A stretch of 64,000 nucleotides of DNA, from contig CAVYNY010000016.1 in the NCBI GenBank assembly GCA_963769935.1, positions 32,001-96,000 on the forward strand, given 5' to 3'. This document shows positions 11,120 through 20,997 of this stretch, piece after piece; the stretch's first letter is position 1; the number at the start of each line of letters is the position of its first letter. The stretch comes from an uncultured delta proteobacterium (lineage in GTDB: Bacteria > Desulfobacterota > Desulfobacteria > Desulfobacterales > JAFDCJ01). The notes beneath the pieces are model-generated. The model ran no database searches and was not told where the DNA came from. It saw nothing but the letters and a program-made list of their open reading frames with translations. The position numbers were made by a program, and so were the translations under genes.

Positions 11120-11198
11120 GTATTGAATATTTTCGACTGAATATTGAATACTTAGTTGTGGTTACAACTCGTCGTATTCAGATTTAATTAAACCCATT

Positions 11199-11243
11199 GG
11201 CCCCGCGCAATGCTTTCCGGTTTCGGCGGGGTCTCTTTTTTTC
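11199..11243 (+). terminator. Probable intrinsic terminator
   Basis: GGCCCCGC...GCGGGGTC followed by a T run. Confidence 0.5.
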
Positions 11244-11412
11244 TAAATTGAGCGTTCTAAATTTAAAAGAAGAAAGACCTGAGCTGAACGATTACGATAC
11301 GAACATTGGAACATTAGTCGAGATAGATATTTAGCTTTTTCGACTTGACTTGGAGCCACTAAGTTGGTAGATAGTCGGCCTGCTGGAAAATGCCGGCGTT
11401 GGTCGAACATGT

Positions 11413-11489
11413 GGCGATGTAGCTCAGGTGGTCAGAGCATGCGGCTCATATCCGCAGTGTCCGGGGTTCAAATCCCTGCATCGCCACCA
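11413..11489 (+). tRNA. tRNA-Met (CAT), probably elongator
   Basis: GGCGATG/CATCGCC acceptor stem, TGCGG-CTCATAT-CCGCA anticodon arm, GGTTCAAATCC T loop, encoded CCA; paired 1:72 argues against initiator. Confidence 0.93.
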
Positions 11490-11592
11490 TACAATAATAA
11501 AATCAATAAGTTACAGGCGAAAATCATAGAGTTTTAGCTCACTGGGTCACCTTAATGGGTCACCGGATGACCCTCCAGAGGAGCTAAAATCT

Positions 11593-12033
11593 ATGAGAAA
11601 CTCCACAAGAAACGGATCACCTTCCTACCTCATTCAGACCCCCTATGGCTATCATTTCCGGTTTAAAATCCCGAAAGACCTAAAGCCTCACCTCGACAAC
11701 AAACAGGAATTGCGGTACTCTCTGAAGACAGGCTCAATATGTGAAGCTAAAGAGAGGGCCCGGTTGCTGGCGGGAAAAATTCAGAAACTGTTTCGGAAAC
11801 CCAAAACAGAAGGAAACTTTATGAGTTCAGACTTCAGCGAGAATAAAGTTTACAGTCTCATCCGGGAATATCTGACCGAAGTCCTGGAGGATGACGAAAA
11901 AGAAAGGGTAATGTCCGAGGTACCGGTACCTTATGAAGTCCATAAGGAGCAGGTTAGCGAGTACGATTCGACAACCGAAATATTCAAGATGCAATTAGCT
12001 TTGGGCGATTATTCCAGCAGTATGACTGTGTAA
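11593..12033 (+). pseudogene. Truncated tyrosine integrase, N-terminal (DUF6538-like) part only
   Basis: YHFRFKIPKDL...ELRYSLKT...EA motif; 104 bp downstream of tRNA; stops at 146 aa with no catalytic domain. Confidence 0.7.
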
Positions 12034-12174
12034 AATTATTCACAATTTTTTGTAAAATACTTCTCAAAGTGCACTTCCCTTTCTAAAATATAGCGCTCTT
12101 ATCTTATTTCTTCATTTAATTTAACTACTTAATATTAATGGTATTATTCCATAACTTTATTGTTTAAATTTAAA

Positions 12175-12190
12175 TGGTACAAATTTTGCT
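12175..12190 (+). promoter_or_regulatory. sigma54 (-24/-12) promoter of the PEP-CTERM gene
   Basis: TGGTACAAATTTTGCT = GG-N10-GC; TGTAAA boxes upstream at 12029 and 12051. Confidence 0.7.
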
Positions 12191-12251
12191 TAATTAGTAC
12201 AAGACAAGTCTGAGAACCTTTCACGGATAGAATAACCTAATTTTTAGGAGA

Positions 12252-12557
12252 ATGGAAATGACCTGGTCAAGGCTGAAAATTCTATTTTGCGTAGCGGTGA
12301 GCCTCACCTTTTTGATGGCACCATGTGCACTTAATTTTGATGCAGGGGGAAAAGTTTACGCCATGGGAGGCGGCGCTGGCAAAGGAAGTCGTAACCCTGC
12401 AGTTTCAACTCAAAGGATGAAGACAAATTATGTAATGAATGAAGAAAATGGTGGTAATACTCAAATACCAGCTCCTGTCCCAGAGCCGGCAACAATCTTA
12501 TTAGTGAGTGCCGGTTTAGGAGGCCTCGCAATTTTTAGAAAGAAATTTAAAAAGTAA
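12252..12557 (+). CDS. Small PEP-CTERM sorting-domain protein
   Basis: Signal-like N terminus; C-terminal VPEPATILLVSAGLGGLAIFRKKFKK; AGGAG RBS. Confidence 0.88.
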   Translation: MEMTWSRLKILFCVAVSLTFLMAPCALNFDAGGKVYAMGGGAGKGSRNPAVSTQRMKTNYVMNEENGGNTQIPAPVPEPATILLVSAGLGGLAIFRKKFKK

Positions 12558-12583
12558 ATTTTGATGATAGTAAGATACATTTT

Positions 12584-12634
12584 ATGCCACGAAATTTACA
12601 AGCAATTCTGGCAAATTCGTGGCATATTTTTTTT
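12584..12634 (+). terminator. Intrinsic terminator
   Basis: ATGCCACGAA...TTCGTGGCAT followed by an 8-T run. Confidence 0.6.
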
Positions 12635-12792
12635 GGGCTTATAGGAGCAGAAAATAAAAAAATCTGAGAAATCAAATCAGAAGCTCCTATTTCTGTGGGA
12701 TTTTAACCCTGTTTATATAACGGATAAGGCTATAAAAACATTTGATAATGGTGCTAAAATATTTGGAATCAATCCCGACGACAGGGGGTTTT

Positions 12793-14304
12793 TTATTTTG
12801 GTTGAACCGGGAAAATTTTTTCGGCTTCCAGGAAATGCTGACCGATGTCGCGCCTCAAATCCAGTCGATTGCCGTGCGGGTCTTCACGGGGCGCTACTCT
12901 AATCTTGCCGTTGTCAAAGGCCGCCAGCAGTTTGTTGCGGAACCGTTCGGCAACCTCCCCCCGGTTTTGATCGGGCTTGACGGTGACATTCGCGTTTAGA
13001 TAGGCAACCCGGGTGCCGTCGGATTTGAAGCCGCCGTCCTCCGATGCGCAAATCATGGCGGACGGGATCACCTGAATGCCTTTGCGCTGCATATACTTGA
13101 AATCAATTTCAACCGGTTCTCCCCGGGTGCACGACCAGGGGTAGCCTTTTTGTCCGTCCGGACCACCCGGGCCGGTAACCAAAGCCGCACACAGGGCCAG
13201 TTGATCCGTTCTCACTTCCGGCTCGATTTCCTTTAAATTACCTTCCAGAGTTGCCTGGAGGAGCGCACCCAAATTTCTCAGCCGACGAACGACCGGCTGC
13301 GCTTCAGGTTCGCCGGGACGGATGTTTATTTCAGACACCCGGATGGCGGTCGGACGCCCGGCGCCGTCCAGGGAAACAAAGCAGCCCGGATATAGAACGC
13401 ATGGCCGCAGTATTCCCCGTGCTTTCATCATCCTGATTAAAGGCCCGGCAATCACGTCACCCGCCATCTCCATCAATATGGGCGATTCCAGCGGGTGGGG
13501 TGAAACCGCTCCCATGCCGCCGGTAATCGGATTGTTTTTGCCGGCCGGCCCCTCGAAGCGTTCCGGATAATCCATGGCGGTGGGCAAAATCTGAAAACTC
13601 CCGTTTCCGTCGACCAACAGAGTAAATGTAATTTCCACACCCGACATCAGGGATTCAATCAAAAGCGGCCAGCGCCCTTTGCTGCCGAACATCTTTTTAT
13701 AGCTGTCTTTGTAATCTTTGATCAGGGTATCATAAACTTGTCTGATTTCCCAGGAATTCAAAATCAGGCGGGCCCCTTTGCCACCGGCACTGTATGGATA
13801 TTTCAGCACGACACCGCCATAGGTATGGATGTACTTCAAGCACGCCGGCAATAAACTCTTATAATCCCTGGCATCCACGTCGGTCCAGGAATCGGCGACC
13901 GGAATGCCGGCCTCACGGCATAGTTTTTTGCATTCAATTTTATCACCTTCGATAAAGGCGCCGGATTTGGCCAAACCGATGATATGATCACCGAAGCCGG
14001 CCTGCTCAACGGCATCCACCAGGCCTTCAAACAGAAGCGCTTCCGGCATGGGTATGACATAATCGACAACGCCCGCTTTCAGAGCTGTAATAATGGCAGT
14101 CGTGTAGTCTGCAACCGAGTTGGTTGCCGTCGCAACAAACTCCACCGGCCAATTCATGATCTCACAAAATTTCGGCATTGAAGGCGTTCCCCGGATGACA
14201 ACGCCTTTAAATTCTTCTTTGTATGTTTCGCTGGTCGCGGTGGCGGTCACCAGCGCACTCAACAAGGTTCTGCCATCGGTTCCGGCAAATGCTATTTTTT
14301 TCAT
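12793..14304 (-). CDS. Divergent phosphoribosylamine--glycine ligase (PurD-like ATP-grasp)
   Basis: IEGDKIECK, AGGKG, ITGGMGAVSP, EINIRPGEPEAQ, KGYP, D..RRDIG motifs; start taken at MKKIAF (GGAAGG RBS). Confidence 0.75.
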   Translation of the reverse strand: MKKIAFAGTDGRTLLSALVTATATSETYKEEFKGVVIRGTPSMPKFCEIMNWPVEFVATATNSVADYTTAIITALKAGVVDYVIPMPEALLFEGLVDAVEQAGFGDHIIGLAKSGAFIEGDKIECKKLCREAGIPVADSWTDVDARDYKSLLPACLKYIHTYGGVVLKYPYSAGGKGARLILNSWEIRQVYDTLIKDYKDSYKKMFGSKGRWPLLIESLMSGVEITFTLLVDGNGSFQILPTAMDYPERFEGPAGKNNPITGGMGAVSPHPLESPILMEMAGDVIAGPLIRMMKARGILRPCVLYPGCFVSLDGAGRPTAIRVSEINIRPGEPEAQPVVRRLRNLGALLQATLEGNLKEIEPEVRTDQLALCAALVTGPGGPDGQKGYPWSCTRGEPVEIDFKYMQRKGIQVIPSAMICASEDGGFKSDGTRVAYLNANVTVKPDQNRGEVAERFRNKLLAAFDNGKIRVAPREDPHGNRLDLRRDIGQHFLEAEKIFPVQPK

Positions 14305-14623
14305 GCAGACTTTCCTTCCACAACAGTCAATCTTCAATCTTCAATGGATGGTGGTCCATCTCCTTATCAAATTGTTGCCGCCCGGGTCAAATACAAGTTT
14401 GAAATCTCCCAAGATCAACCGCCGGAGGCCGGCAGGGCTCCAAGGACTGGTGAGAAAGAGCTGAAATCCCCCCCCTAATATTTTCCAATTTTAATAGATC
14501 ATAAAATATGATATAAATTATTTATATAAACTTGAGGAGATACTTCAGGATTCAGGGATGAAAATCGGATCATTTCCTGACTCTCAATCTGCCATCCGAA
14601 TTCTGAAATCCGCAATCAAACCG

Positions 14624-15007
14624 ATGTTACCGGGATTCAATAAAATCGTAGAAGAACGTATTCGCATGGCCCAGAAAAGGGGGCAATTCAAAAATCTGGC
14701 AGGATCGGGCAAACCTCTCGTCCTGGAAGATGACAGCCATATCGCGGAAGAGCTGCGGTTGGCCTATAAAATTTTAAAAAATGCAGACTGCCTGCCGCCC
14801 GAAGTGGAGTTAAAAAAAGAGATAGAGCGCACGGAAGAACTGCTGGGCGGCATGGGGGACACTGCCGAAAAATATCGCACCTTAAAAAAATTAAATTTTC
14901 TTATCATGAAGTTAAATTCCCTGCGCAACACCTCAATAGAATTTGAAGTGCCCCAGCAATATTCGGCCAAGCTGGTGGAACATTTGGAGACGGCTAAAAA
15001 AAGATGA
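14624..15007 (+). CDS. DUF1992 domain protein
   Basis: IVEERI..A...GQFKNLAGSGKPL....ELRLAYKILKNADCLPPEV. Confidence 0.85.
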   Translation: MLPGFNKIVEERIRMAQKRGQFKNLAGSGKPLVLEDDSHIAEELRLAYKILKNADCLPPEVELKKEIERTEELLGGMGDTAEKYRTLKKLNFLIMKLNSLRNTSIEFEVPQQYSAKLVEHLETAKKR

Positions 15008-15083
15008 AAAATAGGAGTGAGGCAACTTAAAGGTTTCAGATAAAAGGCCGCTAAACGGCCTAACGAAAAGAAGGACAATTTCT

Positions 15084-16016
15084 ATGGAAAAACTCACAGT
15101 CGCACTTCTGGCCGGTGGGATCTCATCCGAACGTGAAGTATCACTGCACAGCGGCGAGCAGGTTTATGAAGCGCTGGATAAGAATAAATACAGCATCATA
15201 AAGTATGATCCTAAAACCGATCTGGCCCGGCTGATGCAGGATGCCTCCAAAATCGACATCGCCATGATCATTCTGCACGGACCCTATGGCGAGGATGGAA
15301 CGGTCCAGGGCCTGCTGGATCTGCTCGAAATTCCCTATCAGGGATCGGGTGTTCTGGGCAGTGCCCTTGCCATGAACAAAGTTGTCACCAAACAGCTTTA
15401 TGAAAGGGCCGGTCTGCCCGTGCCGCCTTATGTCGTATACGAAGGCCAGGAAGCGGTGGACGCGGCTGAATGTGTCTCGCAAATCGGTCTGCCCCTGGTT
15501 GTGAAGCCGGCGGCAGCCGGTTCCAGCGTCGGGATGTCGATTGTGAAGTCGGCCGCCGACCTGCAGCCTGCCATGGGCAAAGCACGTGAACATGACCCTG
15601 TCGTCCTGGTAGAATCGTTCATTGATGGGACCGAGCTTACCGGCGGGGTGATCGGCAACAATCAACTGGAAGCATTGCCGCTGATAGAAATAATCCCGGA
15701 CAAATCCCATGATTTTTTCGACTATGAAGCCAAGTACACGGCCGGCGCTAGCCAGGAAATTTGTCCCGCGCGCATCAATAAAGAATTGACGCGCAAAGCA
15801 CAAAATTACGCCAAAATTGCCCACCGCGCACTTTTTTGCAAGGGATACAGCCGAACCGATATGATTCTGAAAGATGATGAAGTCTATGTCCTGGAAACCA
15901 ACACGATTCCCGGAATGACTGCCACCAGCCTGTTTCCCCAGGCCGCACAAAAGGCCGGCATGAGTTTCAGCCAGGTTCTTGACAAACTCATCGAACTGGG
16001 TCTGGAGGGGCGTTAA
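15084..16016 (+). CDS. ddl: D-alanine--D-alanine ligase
   Basis: GGISSEREVS, LHGPYGEDG, GSSVG, FDYEAKY, LETNTIPGMT. Confidence 0.96.
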   Translation: MEKLTVALLAGGISSEREVSLHSGEQVYEALDKNKYSIIKYDPKTDLARLMQDASKIDIAMIILHGPYGEDGTVQGLLDLLEIPYQGSGVLGSALAMNKVVTKQLYERAGLPVPPYVVYEGQEAVDAAECVSQIGLPLVVKPAAAGSSVGMSIVKSAADLQPAMGKAREHDPVVLVESFIDGTELTGGVIGNNQLEALPLIEIIPDKSHDFFDYEAKYTAGASQEICPARINKELTRKAQNYAKIAHRALFCKGYSRTDMILKDDEVYVLETNTIPGMTATSLFPQAAQKAGMSFSQVLDKLIELGLEGR

Positions 16017-16197
16017 GATTATTGAAGAGCGAATATCGTATCTTGAATATTTATGGATTTCAGCCTATCTAATTCCTCACCCCTTTGCGGAAAATATCAA
16101 AGAAGGGAAGAGATCGGCAACATCGACAACAAATAGTCGCTAAGCCTTTGTTAACCGCCTAAATAACAATCACTCATCTTAAAGGAGATCATGTCTG

Positions 16198-16734
16198 ATG
16201 GCCGGTGAAAATAATCGGAACGGCAGTGCCGGAGCGCCGCAGGTTGGAATCGTGATGGGAAGCGATTCCGACCTTGAAATCATGCAAGAAGCGGCAGCAG
16301 TATTGAAGAAGTTTCAAATCCCCTATGAAATGACCGTGGCCTCGGCCCACAGAACTCCGCAGCGGGCGGCCGAATTTGCCGGTTCCGCCCTGCAAAGAGG
16401 CTTAAAAGTGATCATCGCCGGTGCCGGTCATGCGGCCCATCTGGCCGGCGTGTTGGCCGCCCACACCTATCTGCCGGTGATCGGAGTTCCCATTGATTCT
16501 TCATGCCTGCAGGGACTGGATGCCCTGCTGGCAACCGTGCAGATGCCGCCGGGAATTCCGGTGGCAACCATGGCCATCGGCAAACCCGGTGCCCGCAATG
16601 CCGGCATTTTAGCGGCCCAAATCATCGCGACGGCCGACCCTGATCTTGGCCGAAAGCTCGCAGAATTTAAGCAGGAGATGGCCCGGCAGGTCGAGGCGAA
16701 GGCGAAGGCAGTTGAAAGCGAATTCGGGACCTAA
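16198..16734 (+). CDS. purE: N5-CAIR mutase PurE
   Basis: MGSDSD, SAHRTP, AGAGHAAHL, VQMPPGIPVAT. Confidence 0.97.
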   Translation: MAGENNRNGSAGAPQVGIVMGSDSDLEIMQEAAAVLKKFQIPYEMTVASAHRTPQRAAEFAGSALQRGLKVIIAGAGHAAHLAGVLAAHTYLPVIGVPIDSSCLQGLDALLATVQMPPGIPVATMAIGKPGARNAGILAAQIIATADPDLGRKLAEFKQEMARQVEAKAKAVESEFGT

Positions 16735-17362
16735 CATAATAAAAATAGCACCCGCCAACCCTGCCCCGGCAGCAATTAACAAAGCGGCCGCCATTGTCAA
16801 AGCGGGCGGAGTTATCGCGTTTCCCACCCGCTGTCTGTACGGTTTGGGCGCGGATGCTTTCAACACCGAGGCGGTCGAGCGGATATTCAGGATCAAGCAG
16901 CGCTCGTTCCACAATCCGATCCTGATACTGATTGACCAACTGAACCGTTTGGATCGGCTGGTTTCCGAGGTATCACCCGTGGCCGTTCGTATCATGGATC
17001 ATTTCTGGCCGGGCAGAATCACCCTGGTTTTCAGGGCCGGCGAGGCTGTGCCGAGTTATCTCACCGCCGGCACCGGCAAGATCGGAATCCGGCTGCCGGA
17101 TCAACCCGTGGCCGCGGCCCTGGTTAAAGCCCTGCAAACACCTCTAACCGGCACCAGTGCCAATCTTTCCGGCAGACCCGGTTGCCGTCGAATTGAGGAT
17201 CTGGAATTTCAAATTGCAGGTAAGCTGGATCTTATCCTGGATGCCGGCTCGCTGAAAGGCGGCCGCGGATCAACCGTGGTCGATGTGACAGCCGCTAAAC
17301 CGGAAATCCTGCGGGAAGGAGAAATATCCACCGCCGAAATTATGGATTTTATCTTCTTCTAA
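16712..17362 (+). CDS. tsaC: L-threonylcarbamoyladenylate synthase (YrdC/Sua5 family)
   Basis: IAFPT..LYGLG, KQR, FWPG.ITL, TSANLSG, STVVD; probable TTG start overlapping the purE end. Confidence 0.88.
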   Translation: MKANSGPNIIKIAPANPAPAAINKAAAIVKAGGVIAFPTRCLYGLGADAFNTEAVERIFRIKQRSFHNPILILIDQLNRLDRLVSEVSPVAVRIMDHFWPGRITLVFRAGEAVPSYLTAGTGKIGIRLPDQPVAAALVKALQTPLTGTSANLSGRPGCRRIEDLEFQIAGKLDLILDAGSLKGGRGSTVVDVTAAKPEILREGEISTAEIMDFIFF

Positions 17363-17433
17363 AAATCTTTGATGCTATTAGAAAAAATTTACTTGGCAAC
17401 TTCCAGCATAACGAATTCATATATTCATACGCC

Positions 17434-17462
17434 TTGACATTCCTGTCATTCTTGCATATAAA
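17434..17462 (+). promoter_or_regulatory. sigma70 promoter of tRNA-Leu
   Basis: TTGACA-N17-TATAAA 11 bp before the tRNA. Confidence 0.7.
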
Positions 17463-17473
17463 ACCAGATCAAC

Positions 17474-17561
17474 GCCGGAGTGGTGAAATTGGTAGACGCG
17501 CTGGACTCAAAATCCAGTGGCCCTTGCGGCCGTGAGAGTTCAATTCTCTCCTCCGGCACCA
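17474..17561 (+). tRNA. tRNA-Leu (CAA)
   Basis: GCCGGAG/CTCCGGC acceptor, CTGGA-CTCAAAA-TCCAG anticodon arm, long variable arm, CCA. Confidence 0.95.
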
Positions 17562-19504
17562 CTGACAGATGAGGGCACCTTCTTTAGTAGGTGCCCTTTT
17601 GTATTTGGATGCATCGGGTTCTGCGGCAGCTTCGATTGCCCGTCCGAGTCTCCCCGATCCTGTCTCTGTTTTTCAATTTTTGTCAGATTGCGGCGGGCCT
17701 GCTCCAGATTGGGATTTATTTGGAGCGCACGGGCAAAGAGCCGATAGGCAGCTTCGATTTGCCCCTGATCCATGCGAACCAGTCCGAGATTATTGAGGGC
17801 ATCGGCATGGTCGGGGTCGATGGCCAGAGCCCTTGAAAGATGCCGAATGGCACCATCCGGGTCTCCCTGTTTCATTAGGACAAATCCGAGATTGCTGTGT
17901 ACATCCGCATCTGAAGGGTAAATTTTAAGGGCCGCCTGCAGATAGTCCATAGCCTCCTGGTATCGGCCCAGAAGCACCAGTGCCACCCCCAGGTTGTTGA
18001 GGGCTCTGAGATTCTTAGGTTCAAGGCGCAGTGATTCTTTAAATTCGTGAATTGCCTGCTCGAGATTTCCCTGTCGGGCCAGGGCATATCCCAGGTTGTA
18101 GTGAGCGTCGGCATAGTCGTATTTAAGGGCCAGGGCTTTGCGAAATTGATCGACAGCCTCTGTCAGACGCCCGTTATGAATCAGGGCTGCGCCCAGATTG
18201 TTTTGGGCCCGCGCTTTGGCGGGAGACTTTACTGCACAGTCCTGATACAAGGAAATTTCATCCGCCCAGACGCTGTTCCTTTCGAAAGTCCAGACAGTAA
18301 AAACCGTCCCCGCAATACACAGCGGGAGTACCGCCAGCCAAACCGGCTTGATATACCTGAATACCAGGGCAACCAGGGCCATTATGGCCAGCATGGAGGG
18401 TAGATAGTTGCGATGTTCGAATACGAGTTCCAACCCGATGACCGACGATTCGATGACCAGATTGCCGAAAAACCAGAGAATACCAAAGGATAAAAGCGGA
18501 TCCCGCCGGGCGGTCAGAACTGCCAGAACGATCAACGCCAAAATGACCAGGAGCGCCAAAAGGGTTGTTATCGGATCGGTCAAGGAATAAGAGAGGGCAA
18601 AATCGTGATCCAGATTCAATCTTGACGGCCGGGGCCATAATAGAAGGCTGATATAGAATATGACAACTCGAAATTGCGTTAGCACCCGCTCAACCAATGT
18701 GAAGTCCCTGTGATCGTAACTGGACAGTATTCGGGCAATCGGGTCGTTTTTGAAATAGGCCAGTGAAATTAAGACGATAACCAAGCCGGCACCGAGCAGA
18801 ATCAACAAATGGCGCCGGCTCCATTGTCGGCTCGATCCCTGGAAAAAATACCATTCGTATAAAATGATAAACCCCGGCAGAGTAGCGCTGATCTCCTTGG
18901 TACCGAAAGCCAGCAGGCCGGATACAACACAACCGGCAAACAGCAGCCATTTCGAGCGGGTGGTGACTGACAGGCGAAATCGGACGTAAAGCAGCATTGA
19001 CAAAATATAAAACATTGCTGCCAGGCTGTTCATGCGTTGGACGAGATAGGTGACCGATTGCGTTTGCAGCGGATGAACGATCCAGAGGAACACCGTAAAA
19101 AAAGGGATCCAGCCAAATCTACCGTATCCGCCCTTCAGCGCTGGAGTCGACAGGGTCGCTTTTGCCAGAAAATAGAGAAAAAAACCCGTGGCAATGTGAA
19201 TTAAAACATTTACCACATGAAAGCCCACCGGATTGTAGCCGTGGATGTAGTAATCCAGTGCAAAGCTGATGTTGGCAACCGGTCGATTGGCTATGGGGCT
19301 GTGGAACGCGGCCCAGGCCAGATTTTCCAGACTGAGAGAGGGAATCCGGATCTGCGGGTTGTCCCGGATGCTGCCGATGTCGTCAAAAATATAGGGCGTC
19401 GTCAGGGAAGGCGTATAGATCATGACGACAATAACGGCCAGCAGCGACAGCAGCAGGATTTCATGCCTGGGACCGTCCATTATTGATAAGCTGCCTTTGG
19501 CCAT
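17540..19504 (-). CDS. TMTC-like multi-pass GT-C membrane protein with C-terminal TPRs
   Basis: YIFDD after TM1, RP, FHVVN..IH, VHPLQTQSV.Y..QR, KE, EHRNYLP, RN.VW, then ~5 TPRs. Confidence 0.8.
   Translation of the reverse strand: MAKGSLSIMDGPRHEILLLSLLAVIVVMIYTPSLTTPYIFDDIGSIRDNPQIRIPSLSLENLAWAAFHSPIANRPVANISFALDYYIHGYNPVGFHVVNVLIHIATGFFLYFLAKATLSTPALKGGYGRFGWIPFFTVFLWIVHPLQTQSVTYLVQRMNSLAAMFYILSMLLYVRFRLSVTTRSKWLLFAGCVVSGLLAFGTKEISATLPGFIILYEWYFFQGSSRQWSRRHLLILLGAGLVIVLISLAYFKNDPIARILSSYDHRDFTLVERVLTQFRVVIFYISLLLWPRPSRLNLDHDFALSYSLTDPITTLLALLVILALIVLAVLTARRDPLLSFGILWFFGNLVIESSVIGLELVFEHRNYLPSMLAIMALVALVFRYIKPVWLAVLPLCIAGTVFTVWTFERNSVWADEISLYQDCAVKSPAKARAQNNLGAALIHNGRLTEAVDQFRKALALKYDYADAHYNLGYALARQGNLEQAIHEFKESLRLEPKNLRALNNLGVALVLLGRYQEAMDYLQAALKIYPSDADVHSNLGFVLMKQGDPDGAIRHLSRALAIDPDHADALNNLGLVRMDQGQIEAAYRLFARALQINPNLEQARRNLTKIEKQRQDRGDSDGQSKLPQNPMHPNTKGHLLKKVPSSVSGAGGEN
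17571..17600. terminator. Terminator hairpin after tRNA-Leu
   Basis: GAGGGCACCT-TCTTTAGT-AGGTGCCCTTTT. Confidence 0.7.
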
Positions 19505-19610
19505 TGTGTTTGCCTTAAGCCTCCTGCGATCCGCTATACCCTATGCCCCATGCTCTATGCGGCTATCGCCCGCAACCCGCATCCCTGCACCCCGCAACTC
19601 GCACCCCGAG

Positions 19611-20862
19611 CTACCTCGGCTGAATCCGGGGCCTGAAGCCGGCTGCCGCAAGCTGCTCGGCAAGCTGCCTGGCGGCATCCTGACTTTCATAAGCGCCGAC
19701 TAATATTCTGATTTTCCCGGGTACGGTGGGATCGGGGAGAGTGTAGGCAGTATAGCCTTTGGCGCGCAGACGGGTAATAATCTCAAAAGCCGCCTCTTGG
19801 GAATCAAGCAGCCCCACCTGCACGGCATAGGGCTTGCGGGTCACCTGAACATAGCTGAATTTTCTCTTTTTCAATTCGGCTGCAGATTCCCGGGCTTCGT
19901 CCAGCGATCGATAAGAGCCGAAAAAGACCCTGTTCCAGTCGCCTTTGCCGGGGATAGAGACCGGACAGGCATACGCAGGATCGCCTTTGGCCGACAGCGA
20001 TGTTGCAACGCGAAAGGATTGGACCGGGTCGCGGTAAGCACTGATCTGAATGGTATAGGGATAGATTCCGGTCAATGGATTTTTATCCGGGAGCGGCACC
20101 ACAGTCGGCGGCCTGCCGGTGGCGGCCGCCTTTTGAGGCGGGATAAATTCCTCGGCCTTGACCGGCGGGCTGGGAGCGGCGTATTCAATCCGCAGAGGTT
20201 TGCCGGTTTTGTAGGTCTTAAGCCGAGCCAGGTAAGGGTCGAGCCCATCGGCCCGTTGCTGCTGGATCAGCAGTTGAACAACCCGTTTTTGGGTGGCAAC
20301 GGCTTCATCAAATTGACCGTTGGCCGCATAGGCAGCGGCCAGGGTATCCAGGGAATCGACACCGGCGTTTATCTGCACTGCTTTTTGCGCCAGTTCCAGG
20401 GCCTGGGCGCCGTCCCGAAACGCTTCCTGTGAACTGGTGGCCAGTATCCAGGCTTTGCTGTTGTAGGCATCCAGCAAAACCGGTTTAATTTCAATCGCCC
20501 GGCTGAAGTCGTCAAGGGCCTGTTTGAGGTTTCCTTTTTTAACCCAGGCAAAGCCGCGGTTATTTAACGCCTCGGCGAATTCGGCCCTGATTTGCAGGGC
20601 CATGGTGTAATCGACAATAGCCCCATCGTAGTCCGCCAGATTGGTCCGGGCCAGCCCGCGGTAGTTATAGGCCTCAAAATCACCGGGGATCACCTCGATG
20701 GCGGTTGAAAAAGCCTCTATGGCTGCATCATATTGTCGGTCTCTGATAAGCCGCAGGCCCTTTTGAAACCAGTCTTCCTGGGCCGACGCTTGAAGAGACC
20801 ATAGCAGACAAAGCTGCCATCAGGCACGCTGACCGCAGCCTGTTTCCTTTGATCATTTTCAT
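19611..20862 (-). CDS. Exported TPR + two SPOR domain protein (+1 frameshift near 20810)
   Basis: ORF 19611-20693 has TPRs and two SPOR-like repeats (YTIQISAY, YAVQVG); its frame stays open upstream (QEDWFQKG...) and joins the signal peptide MKMIKGNRLRSACLMAA if one T is removed. Confidence 0.75.
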
Positions 20863-20943
20863 TCCATGGTATCCAAGTTTTAAAGTTAATTAAATAATAC
20901 TTGAAATTTCAGCAAAAAGCAAACTTGGGGCGGCAAATAGAAT

Positions 20944-20972
20944 TTGACAGACAGGCAATTTTCTAATATCCT
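20944..20972 (+). promoter_or_regulatory. sigma70-type promoter
   Basis: TTGACA-N17-TATCCT. Confidence 0.55.
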
Positions 20973-20997
20973 TTTGCTGCCATGACGGGTATCCAAG

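Noticed and set aside
14375..14475. Purine-related riboswitch (ZTP, PRPP/ykkC, glycine) upstream of the PurD-like gene
   Set aside because: GC-rich and possibly structured, but the core motifs are not recognisable on the minus strand; would need an Rfam search.
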